Part shown: positions 1 through 10,800 of the stretch, one piece after another
How positions within the stretch are numbered: the stretch's first letter is position 1
Layout: every line of letters begins with the position of its first letter
Origin: Macrostomum lignano
Lineage: Eukaryota
Reading direction: 5' to 3'
DNA length: 40,501 nucleotides
Assembly (NCBI GenBank): GCA_002269645.1
Contig: NIVC01004613.1
Location: 1-40,501, forward strand
Translations under genes and position numbers: made by a program
Notes under the pieces: model-generated
What the model was told of the DNA's origin: nothing
Databases searched by the model: none
The model's input: the letters and a program-made list of their open reading frames with translations, nothing else

Positions 1-345
1 GAAGCTGGGATTCTCATCATTGGAATAAGCTGAGAAGCTGGGATTCTGCGTCAATTAAATAAGCTCAGAAGCTGGGATTCTGCATAATTAAATAGAGCTA
101 GAAGCTGGGATTCTGCATCAATTAAATAGAGCTCAGAAGCTGGGATTCTGCATTAATTAAATAGAGCTCAGAAGCTGGGATTCTGCATCAATTAAATAGA
201 GCTTAGAAGCTGGGATTCTGCATCAATTAAATAGAGCTTAGAAGCTGGGATTCTGCATCAATTAAATAGAGCTCAGAAGCTGGGATTTCTGCATCAATTA
301 AATAGAGCTCGGAAGCTGGATTCTGCGTCAATTAGAATATGAATG
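1..345. repeat. ~35-bp tandem minisatellite (GAAGCTGGGATTCTGCATCAATTAAATAGAGCTCA), ~9-10 copies, truncated by the window edge
   Basis: Unit repeated directly in the sequence. Confidence 0.95.
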
Positions 346-809
346 AGTTGAGAATCTGGGACCATGGATGGTAATAAATGTAAAAGAAGTACATGAAAAT
401 TTGGCAATCGGAATAGCTTGCTGGCATCGCAAAACAATACTACTCGTAGTAAAAAACGAGAAAAAAGAAGAGAGAAAAAACGAGCTCCCTATTTACTGCG
501 CGCGCCACGAGAGAAGTTTGAATATTTTGGTGCGTATTTCAATCGCAACGGCTGAGACTATTTGCCAAAATATAAAAGCCAGATGCGATCTACGCTACTT
601 AGAAAATTTACTTTAGTAATATTCGGAATATAAATCTCCGCATAAAGAAATCTAATAAAAATTGCAACACCGAAAAGGTCTAGCAAAATCATACGAGTTA
701 AAGTAGTCAATTGCAGGCTGCATTGCAAGTACTCGCGTAAATAACCAAGAATGCAAAAATATTAATCCAATAATTTTAGTGACAAATCAAACAGGTGCAT
801 GACTGACGA

Positions 810-1215
810 ATGTCTCTCTCAGCACCCGCCTCACTCCACAACTCTACAATGCAACCGAATCTGATTGGCTGGCGGTCAAAAGCGCATCTCAGCACCCACC
901 TCACTCCACAACTCTGCAATGCAACCGAATCTGATTGGCTGGCGGTTAAGGCCCATCTCAGCACCCACCTCACTCCACAACCCTGCAATACATCCAAATC
1001 TGATTGGCTGGCGGTCAAAAGCGCATCTCAGCACCCCCTCACTCCACAACTCTGCAATGCAACGAATCTGATTGGCTGGCGGTCAAAATTGCATCTCAGC
1101 ACCCACCTCACTCCACAACTCTGCAATACATCCAAATCTGATTGGCTGGCGTTAAAGCGCATATCAGCACACACCTCACTCTCCTACTTTCCCCTACTGA
1201 ACAGAATCTGATTGG
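810..1215. repeat. 69-bp tandem minisatellite, ~6 copies, each with CTGATTGG(C) (CCAAT on minus strand)
   Basis: CATCTC anchors at 885 and 954 are 69 bp apart; 23-aa periodicity in the overlapping spurious ORFs. Confidence 0.93.
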
Positions 1216-1234
1216 TAGTCACGTTAGTTGGACT

Positions 1235-3149
1235 TCAGTCACACCCTGAATCTCCCACCGGGACCCCCTGTGCCCTGGCCAGTCTCGGATAGGCCTTCAT
1301 CGTGTTGTCTAGCAAAGCGGCCGCGGCGGCGTCAGTCGAGATGGCCTTGTCCTTGGCGATGAACTCCAGCACAAGCCGAGCATTGGACGGCTCGTTTCTC
1401 TGGTCGACGGTCGGGCCCAGCACGGGCGAGTCGGTCTCGAGCAACAGGCGGTCCAGCGGCAGGGCCGCCACCAGGCGCTGCTTGCCGGAGTCGCGGACCA
1501 CCTCAGGCGGGATGGAGAAGTAATAGCCCAGCTGGGCGCCCGTCACCGCGTAGTGTGGCCGGCCGTTGAATGCGTGCAGGTGGGCGCGCCGCACACCTAG
1601 CGAGTGCAGCAGCTCGATGCAGTGGTGACCGGCAGATCTGGGCGTGGGGGGGGGAGCGTCGGTTGCAAATTTGCACAGCGGAAAAGCTTGAGTCATGACG
1701 ACTTGTTAACTAGCTATTAATTACTAATAACTAGGCAGACAGGCAGCAGACAGGCGCACCTGGAGTGCACATTCAGCGTCAGGTCGTGCCGCAGGGCGAA
1801 CTCGGCCTGCCGACGCAGCACGGCCTTCTGCGTCTCCCTGGCCGCCTCGTCGGGGCACCAGCGCGGCGTGAAGTCCAGGCCGACCTCACCAACGCCAATC
1901 AGGCGGTCGGCGGCCGCCTCGATCGCTGGCATCGCCTTCTCGAGGTCGTCAAGTTGGACGCAACGGTTGCGGGACTCGCCACCGACCAGGAGGCCGGGGC
2001 CGCCCGCCTGCTGCACGGGTGGACACCCAGACAGGGCCGGATGAAGGACGGGTGTCTGAGGAGAGGGCAATGGAAAAGATTGGAAAAGGCAACGAGTTTA
2101 ACTTTTTAGCCGCTAATAGTTACCTTAAGCATTTTAGATTATGGACGTTCTTAGGTCAGATCTAAGATATTCAGATGTACATCAACGGCGATGGTTCTTT
2201 ATGGTCGAGTCTCATGTATTTTGGATACAGCTTTCAGGTGTTGTTCGTGTAATAGGGTATAAATTTAGGAACAGGATAGAAGTTGCTTTTACTTTACTAA
2301 TAGTAGTTTCCAGTCGCAGAAGTATCGGTAATTAGGGCAGTTGGGCTCTCAGAGAAGCAACCCGTTAGGAGATTATAGCCTTTTTAACTGAGGAAACTCA
2401 AGGAAAAAAACCAAGGGGAATCAAAACATAAAGATAGAAATTGCACTAGAGGAGTCTCGCCTCTACATTCGGGAGTCTTGCCCAAGCACATTCTAGGTAA
2501 ACAACTACGAGCTAGGTGTCCCAAGTAGGACATTTATTGTAAAACACCTTTAGTATGCTGACATTTTGCATTTAACATCGATTTATACGTTTTATTTCAG
2601 GATAGACTCAGGTGTACTTCAGGTATACAGCCCCAGGAGCAATTTACGTAAATTTCAAAGCTCAAGACATTTTATGATGTACATGTAATTTAGTGCACCT
2701 CAGGGTCGACTCTAAAAGCGCCTAAGTGGCTTTGCTCAGGTGCAGTTCAGGGTTAATCAGGATGTTTTGTAATGTTGCCCAAAAAGAAGCACCCCAATAA
2801 CCAACCTGAACTGCAGCTCAAAGATGCGATCAAAATTCTCAATGCTTTCGCTAACAACAATGGCTTGTTGGACACCGTTCTAAAAATATGTTGAAGGGGC
2901 ACTTGAAAGTTGAGAGCTAAAAGATTAAAAACAGCAATCTTACAAAAGAACACACCTCAATCGCTTTCTGGACGACCGTGTCAATATCCTAAAGCATGTT
3001 TTAGGGGAAAAGAGTTCAAGTCAGCAGCTCAAATCTACCCAAGCTGAACTGGCAATTCAGTGAAAACCCATCAATACCTCAAGAAAGCAGGCGTCGGCCA
3101 GGTGAGCGTGGCAGTCGATGAGATGAAGCTGCTCTGCCGGCTGCTGCAT
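1235..3149 (-). CDS. TATDN3: TatD-family DNase, TATDN3-like; exons 3149-3078, 2988-2956, 2879-2806, 2055-1760, 1637-1235; one 1-nt frameshift at ~2017-2019
   Basis: Spliced translation MQQPAEQLHLIDCHAHL...DIDTVVQKAIE...PCLGVHP/VQ...GEVGLDF...NVHSRSAG...HAF...LLETDSP carries all TatD metal-ligand motifs. All introns are GT-AG with compatible phases, except exon 4, which is 296 nt where 297 is needed. Confidence 0.9.
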
Positions 3150-3299
3150 CTGCAAAGCGCATTTCTGCCATCGGTGAGACTTTGGCTTCAAGGATTGTCA
3201 GCGGTTTCCTACCTGCCTGACCAGTGGCGAAACTGATTCTGTTTTGATTCACTGCGCATCACCTGCAGGCCCGGGAATAGAAAAACTGATGCAGGACAA

Positions 3300-3309
3300 G
3301 ATAGACAGA

Positions 3310-3340
<31 letters not shown>

Positions 3341-3341
3341 C

Positions 3342-3426
<85 letters not shown>

Positions 3427-3778
3427 AGGCAGTCAGACAGACAGGCAGACAGACAGACAGACAGATGGACCGACAGACAGATAGACAGACAGACAGTTGG
3501 ACAGACAGACAGATAGACGGACAGAAAGACCGACAGACAGACAGACAGACAGATGGACCGACAGACAGACAGATAGACAGACAGATGGACCGACAGACAG
3601 ATAGACGGACAGAAAGACCGACAGACAGACAGACAGACAGATGGACCGACAGACAGATAGACGGACAGAAAGACCGACAGACAGACAGACAGACAGACAG
3701 ATGGACCGACAGACAGACAGACAGACAGACAGACACTAAGACAGACAGACAGACAGACAGACAGACACTAAGACACTA

Positions 3779-3817
<39 letters not shown>

Positions 3818-3835
3818 TAGACAGACAGACACTCT

Positions 3836-3889
<54 letters not shown>

Positions 3890-3895
3890 TGGACC

Positions 3896-3981
<86 letters not shown>

Positions 3982-4460
3982 TAGACGGACAGACAGACAG
4001 ACAGACAGTTGGACAGACAGACAGACAGACAGATAGACGGACAGAAAGACCGACAGACAGACAGACAGATGGACGACAGACAGACAGATAGACAGACAGA
4101 TGGACCGACAGACAGATAGACGGACAGAAAGACCGACAGACAGACAGACAGACAGATGGACCGACAGACAGATAGACAGACAGACAGTTGGACAGACAGA
4201 CAGATAGACGGACAGAAAGACCGACAGACAGACAGTCAGACAGATGGACCGACAGACAGACAGATAGACAGACAGATGGACCGACAGACAGATAGACGGA
4301 CAGAAAGACCGACAGACAGACAGACAGACAGATGGACCGACAGACAGATAGACGGACAGAAAGACCGACAGACAGACAGACGGACAGAGACAGATAGACA
4401 CGGACAGACCGACAGACAGATAGATAGACAGACGGACAGACAGATGGACAGATAGACAGG
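3300..4460. repeat. ~1.15-kb (GACA)n microsatellite with recurring variants (GATGGACC, GATAGACGGACAGAAAGACC)
   Basis: Direct inspection; explains the SVCL/TDRQ ORFs. Confidence 0.98.
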
Positions 4461-5489
4461 TGAATGGGATGAAGAGACAGGCCCAATGAAAGGCGGACAA
4501 GGCAGACAGACAAGGAAGGCAGAGGACACGTGAGCAGAGACAGATACAAGCGCATATTAATGCATTTAGAAACTGTACTACAGGTTCTTATACCCGAGAA
4601 AAAAGCACTTTTATAAGAAACTCCTTTCTGTTTAGTTTGAGTGAGAATCAATCAACTTCCAATGGAACAGTACTCTTATATTTATGCTATTGATGAAAAT
4701 TGATTAACACAATTAAACGGTTGCACGCGTCATCAACGCACTTTATTTAAAATTAGCAATAGCCAAGCTAAAAGTACAAAAGTTAAGCCTTCGCGTCTCT
4801 GCCTGAGAACTTCAAACTCGAAACGCGGGAGCAGTTGTCTTTATTTCGAATCAAGGTACAGGCAGATGATTTTGATGAAGATTTAAATGCCCGATAAATG
4901 ATTAGTAAAATTAATTTATAATAGCTGCAACTGGCCTCAGCATGACTCAATGAGGACGAAAGCTTTCATAATATTTTGATTTGATTGGGTTTAAGATTCA
5001 CTTAAATATATGTACAGTACAGAAGCTTAAACGCAAACAAAGCATGAGGAACAACCTTAACTACTGTGTGGTGAGTAGTATGAATCCAACACTAACACAA
5101 CACGATTTGGACGTAAATTGAATTGTCGCATCTTCTATTTCGGCACGAGCAAACTGAAGCGAAACCGACGAAACTCTGTGTACCCGAAGTAATACTCGTA
5201 AATAATGAGCACACTCCAATGAGCACACAAGCTGATTAGAATACTTATCATCTGCAAGTCTGTCTGCGTCTGCTACAATATATCTCCAACTTAAAGGCTT
5301 AAAGTCTCACTAATAATCATTTCTGTTTCTAAATCTTTCTGTCGTTAGGGTCGTTAGGGTCATTAGGGCCAAAATCTCAAATATTTTTGTTGAAAATCTT
5401 TCTGTCATGAAGGGCTTTCTTAATCAATGTATCGCGCAGGTTAATAAGTATGTAGTACAACGTGCATGATCCGGTAGTCGGGGAATCCT

Positions 5490-5810
5490 TAGATGATCAT
5501 GGTGGGGAATCCTGGAGGGGAATCCTGGAGGGGAATCCACAGACGACCATGGCAGGGTAATCCCAGAGAATCGTGGCGGGGAATTTCCAGATCATGGCGG
5601 GGGAATCCCCAGATTATGGCAAGGGGAATCTCCAAAAGACCATGGCGGGGGAATCTCGAAATCCGGAGGAACCTTAAAGGGGAGAGGAACATGGCAGGAG
5701 AATCCTGAATGCTGGGGAAATCCTGAAATGGAATCCCCAGAAGATAATGGCAGGGGAATCTCAGAGAATCGTGGCGGGGAATCTCCAGATCATGGCGGGG
5801 GAATCCGGGG
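5490..5810. repeat. Degenerate minisatellite, core CATGGCGGGGGAATC, overlapping the INIP stop codon
   Basis: Core recurs at least 6 times; the last copy is the end of the INIP CDS. Confidence 0.8.
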
Positions 5811-6077
5811 CAGCACGGGGATCATGGCATTGCCCAGCAGGCTGTCCTGCTTCAAAAATGTCCCAAACGAGTCGCTAGGCTGTACAAACTGCTGCTGCTG
5901 TTGCTGCTGCGACTGCTTTCCGGCAACAGAAGAGTCGCCGCCGCTCTCCCGTCCTGCTTTGGGGCCGGCGGAGCCGAGGCGCTTCTTCTGCTCTTGCAGC
6001 TCCTCCAAAATCTGGCGATTCTGGCGCACCTGGTTGGCCGATGGGGCCTGGAAGGCGGCGGGCGCTGAGGACGACAT
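5790..6077 (-). CDS. INIP: SOSS complex subunit C (INTS3 and NABP interacting protein) homologue, 95 aa, intronless
   Basis: N-terminal NRQILEELQEQKKRL and C-terminal SFGTFLKQDSLLGNAMIPVLPRI match the two conserved SOSS-C blocks as I recall them (NRVAILAELDKEKRKL; SSGYFITQDSAFGNLILPVLPRL). ATG at 6077, TGA at 5790-5792. Confidence 0.85.
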   Translation of the reverse strand: MSSSAPAAFQAPSANQVRQNRQILEELQEQKKRLGSAGPKAGRESGGDSSVAGKQSQQQQQQQFVQPSDSFGTFLKQDSLLGNAMIPVLPRIPPP

Positions 6078-6159
6078 TCGCAGGAAAGGAATTTCATTTA
6101 GCCAAGTTTTCACCCCAAACTCTGAATGAACGATGGGATTGGGGTCGGTTGTTTAAACC

Positions 6160-6342
6160 GAGGGTGGGAGATTATACGCCATGAGCTGAGGATGGGGAAT
6201 TATAGTCTATGAGCTGAGGGTGGGGAATTATAAGCCGTGAGCTGAGGGTGGGGAATTATAAGCCGTGAGCTGAGGGTGGGGAATTATAGGACATGAGCTG
6301 AGGATGGGGAATTATAGGCCATGAGCTGAGGGTGGGGAATTA
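6160..6342. repeat. 28-bp tandem repeat (ATGAGCTGAGGGTGGGGAATTATAAGCC), ~6 copies
   Basis: Unit starts at 6181, 6209, 6237, 6265. Confidence 0.93.
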
Positions 6343-7279
6343 GGGCCCAAAAATGAACTGAAGAAGAAGACAGTTTACAATTTAGAATAAGGTGGAAACA
6401 TGTTTTGCAACACCATTTATATTTTGTTATTGTTGTGTACAGTTAAGAGCGTGAAGTCGCATCGAGAGAATCATCGAGAGACAAAAATTTACAACTCGCT
6501 TCGAATCCGGGCACTACCTGCTCCACTGCAAGAGGGGATGTTCTGTTTGATGCAGACGTTTCATATTAAACAAACTGGACGGCAGAAGACTGTTCAAATG
6601 CACACGCTGGGATCTTTTTTACATTTTTAGGAAAGAATTTTAGCATATAGACTTGACCTTCAAATATGAATACATACATGTATATACATGTAGGCCGCGT
6701 GGGCATAGACTATACCGGGAATCATAATCAAGAATATAAAATATGAAACAGGGAATGAATGCATGCCATGATCACACGCTGGATAGTAGATTCTAAAAAA
6801 ACAATAGATATATCAACTAATTTAAATAAACGGTCCTAATCTGTGCGAGTGTAGCTTGACTGTGCAATAATCGTCGCTACTCGCTAGCTATGCAGTTCAC
6901 GCATTTAGTCTATGGTACAACCTAGCTTGTCATTAAAGACTCGTGTCTTTTAACGCAGTGCGCGGTGTCATATGAGCACACAGTAGTGATCTATTTAACC
7001 CTATAATATCATAATACACAACAGAGATCTATTAATACTACAATAAAAATAATTGGACGGTCATAAATAGACGGTCATATATGAAACTGTTGTTTCAGGG
7101 TCACAACTGTAACAACAAAACCGTCACAGTAAAAATGTGACCGTCCCACATTTATACAAGAGTGCAATATAACAAACTTATTACTCAAAAAATCTGACGC
7201 TAAAAAGTAAAGGTTAAAAAATAAACACTACATTAATACTGCTTTCTTGACGAAGGCGCCGGTTTAACTGGTCTATGAA

Positions 7280-7715
7280 ATTTGCTAGCAGGAAACCTGC
7301 TAGCAGAGGTTTGCTAGCCGAAATCGGGTCGCTTTCATAAGACCGAAATTTCACAACGCCGAAAACTCAAAATGCAGGGCCCTTCACAAGACCGAAACTT
7401 CATAAGACCGAAATTTCACATCGTAGAAAACTTAATACAATAAGGAGCATGCAGAATTTTCGGCGTTGTGAAATTTCGGTCTTATGAAACCCCCCCGCCG
7501 AAATCTGCTAGCCGAAGTTTGCTAGCCGAAATCTGCTAGCCGAAGTTTGCTAGCCGAAATCTGCTAGCCGAAGTTTGCTAGCCGAAATCTGCTAGCCGAA
7601 GTTTGCTAGCCGAAATCTGCTAGCCGAAGTTTGCTAGCCGAAATCTGCTAGCCGAAGTTTGCTAGCCGAAATCTGCTAGCCGAAGTTTGCTAGCAGGAAT
7701 TTTGTTGGCCGAAAG
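7280..7715. repeat. 14-bp tandem array alternating GCTAGCCGAAATCT / GCTAGCCGAAGTTT (28-bp higher-order unit), interrupted by a MITE
   Basis: Direct inspection. Confidence 0.92.
7326..7496. mobile_element. 171-bp MITE, Mutator(MULE)-like
   Basis: TIR TTTCATAAGACCGAAATTTCACAACGCCGAAAA and its reverse complement; GGG...CCC ends; exact 9-bp TSD GCCGAAATC at 7317-7325 and 7497-7505. Confidence 0.85.
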
Positions 7716-7888
7716 TTGCTAGCAGGAAGCCCGGGAGCCCTGAACCCCCCGCTTCACAAATCCTACAAGCAAAAAATTGCACGTAGATTAGGGAAATTCT
7801 ACAAACGATCAAGCAATGAAATGAGAAGCTTTGTAATAAAGAAGGTAAAATGTCTTTACAAACAAGCTAAAAGACAGTTTGCAACTGA

Positions 7889-10800
7889 TTACATCGGTCG
7901 GGTGCTCGGCAACTTGCGCTGTCTGCCAGCGGAAGACTTCAGCTTCTTGGCAGGAGGCGGCGGCACTTCCTGCTCGGGTCTGGCGCAATGAATGAGTTGT
8001 TTTTAGAATTCGTCTCCTTCCCTTTAATAAAGACTATTTTTCCGCTACACTGTTTTTATTATCATTTCTCAGAAATCCCATAACTAATAAGTTGGCACAA
8101 AGCCCAATTGTATCCCTATATTGTTTGACCATACCATTGGCAGTTGAATCTTCTGGACCAGGTTCGCTGCTGAAAAACTTTACAATCTTAGTATTCCCTA
8201 TAGTCTCTACGATTCTATTTCGAATACGCCATAGATCTTAATAAGCTCGGTTGAGTTTTTCACCGGGTGCATAAACTTTTATTAAGCATTTTTACCTCTG
8301 GCCCAGTTTACTCTCTTTCATCTTAAGCAATCCTTAGCTACTTCAAATATTGACAACCGAAATAAATTTTCCATTAAAAATGAAATGAATTACTTCAGTA
8401 TTTATTCTTGACTACGAATTTCCTAATGAAGTAAAAAACAACAAAAAACTCCCGTTTTCAACTTGAGCCTAGTAAAACATCAAGGTCAAGAAAGTTTTTT
8501 TATTAGAGGCAGGGGGGTTGTGTGCACCCTGGCGCACTTTAAGCGACATAGGCACACAACCGGCGAGAGGCATTGCTGCCCATTCCGCCGACTCCCCTGA
8601 GCAGGCATACAAGCGCGCGGATACGTACGCAGGCACACACTCACACAGGAGTGTACAGCGGCCCTAACTTTATTTTATCGTTAGGCATGTACACTTCACT
8701 GCGCCTTGGGGGTTGGCTCTCAAGGCCATTAATTGCACGAGCAGAGCCAAGCCGAGATTCCAATTCAGCCCCAAATTAATGTGACTGCACTTGGAATCGA
8801 GCCTAGGTCGCTGGCACACCAGAGCAGCTGCGCTACCGCTGGGCTACGGCCCCCCGTGTCAATAAAGTTAATAACTGGTCCGATTCCATAGCTAGTTTAC
8901 AGGAGTCTTTGTGCAAGTCAAGGCGTCAGTCGACCCGGAGCCAGAGAGGAAGTGAGCAGTCATGCCTATTCCGCTGCCCCCTGAGCAGACAGGCACACGC
9001 TCACACAGGCAGGGTGCACAGCAGCAATGTCTTTCCTATTGTCAGGCATGTACACAAACTGTGCCTTGGGGGTTGGTTGAAGATTCAGACGCGATAGCTG
9101 TTAAGTCAGGCGGGCACTCACCCCGGACAGAAGTGATCATCTCCAGGACGCTGAATCTCCCCAACAGCTCTCTCGGTGCGCTTGAAAGTGGCGACAGGCA
9201 AATGAGCAGTCACAATACTAAGCACAGTTGTCTGCTGCTCGCCAGGCGCTGCGGGCTGGAGTGTCAGTGACTTCAAAGTAATAATAGCAGCACTTTGCAA
9301 ATAATTTGCTATTCGCACTGCTTATTTGTTGCAAAGGGCCACTAGTATTAAAAGACGGGTCCGTGAGTATTGCCCGCCGAGATTTGCCCGCCGAGGTTTG
9401 CCCGCACTGCAATTTTCCCGCGAGTGAATTGCCCGCGAGCGAGTTGCCCGCCGAGGTTTGCTTTTGGGGGTGGGGCAATGCAGACAGAATCTAGCTGCCA
9501 AATGGGCTGCAGTAAAAAAGCATTGCGAGCAAATCTCGGCGGGCAATTTGTCTGCAGGCATTTCTCGTGCTCCCGTAAAAGACGCAAAATTTAAAACCAT
9601 TAGCGACATAAGGAATATGTTTTTTAAACGAACAATGGGTATCTAGTGCTGTTTAAATTTTAAGATCTGCGACTTAAACTATGAGATGGAAGCCAAATCC
9701 TGCACTCACCACTACCGGAACTTCAGCAGAAGGGGTCTGTGCATCTCCATTTTCTACGTCCCTCATGTCCACGTCACCCGAGACCGAGTCGCACGACATT
9801 GGCGACGGGGCTCGCTTTCGCTTTCGAAAATTCTTGCGTTTGTCAGGCGAGACTGGCTGGCACTGGGCGGCAGAGCTGCCATTCTCCGAGCCTGCTAATC
9901 TGAGGAGGTTGGTGGGCAAATCAACAATCAACACGCAGTCAGAGAGAAACGCCCCTTCCGCTGATCCCTGAGCAGGCACATACGCTCATACAGGATGTAC
10001 AGCTGCTGCACACAAACTGTGCTTTGGGGGTTGGCTCTTAAATGGGCGAGAATTGCACAAGTCACCGGCCAGCTGCCAGCGGGCACTCACCCGGGACAAC
10101 AGTGATCGTAGGCGGTGCGCAAATCCCTCAAGCCCTTCGGACCCAGGCGATACAGCAGCTTCTTCTTATGCCGATTAGCAGCCTCCACAGACTGGAAGGC
10201 CGAGTCGCTGCTTGTGGTTGACGTGTTATTCTTTAGACATGACCTGTTATGGAATAGAATACAAATACTAATCACATTATTCAGGTAAAGTTGCTCGCTT
10301 GACAAGTAAGATAAATAGGAAGGCGAAAATCAACATTAGTTTATTGGTCCAAAAGTCGAGAGGCAAAGTCCAGGGACGGAATGGTAGTTGAAATAGTTAG
10401 AAGTATAATTAGTTAGAGTTATATAGTTAGAAGTACATCCAGTGCCCCCTCCCTCAGAACACACGGAGGACATGTCCCGCGCCACTGTGTTGGAGTTAGG
10501 TGTTGATGTTGGGGGAATGCGCTTTAATGCACAGCGCTTCAAGTATCTGGAGTTTGGAGTCAAAAGAGCATTGATCAATGACTTTGAAGCGCTCTTCGGG
10601 TTTGCAGTTGGAGCAACTAATCCATTCTAAGAGGTGGTTCTGGATATCCGACGGTTTCAGCCAGTGCTCCCTGATTCTAGTGTGCAGGTGCCTTTTTGTC
10701 TTCCCCACGTAGGAGACGCTCTGGTCATCAGAGCAGTTGAACTGATAAACGACACCAGCACGAAGAGCCCAGGGAACACGTGACTTCAACCGACCGACAA

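Noticed and set aside
3209-4651. Long SVCL/TDRQ ORFs
   Set aside because: Translations of the (GACA)n microsatellite, which is stop-free by construction.
5341-5368. Three TTAGGG hexamers
   Set aside because: Separated by 3-nt spacers and too short to call an interstitial telomere.
6495-6520. TTCGAATCC B-box-like motif
   Set aside because: No matching A box or tRNA structure.
8780-8855. Bona fide tRNA gene
   Set aside because: A and B boxes are present but I could not fold a complete cloverleaf, and it runs into a repeated body, so SINE head fits better.
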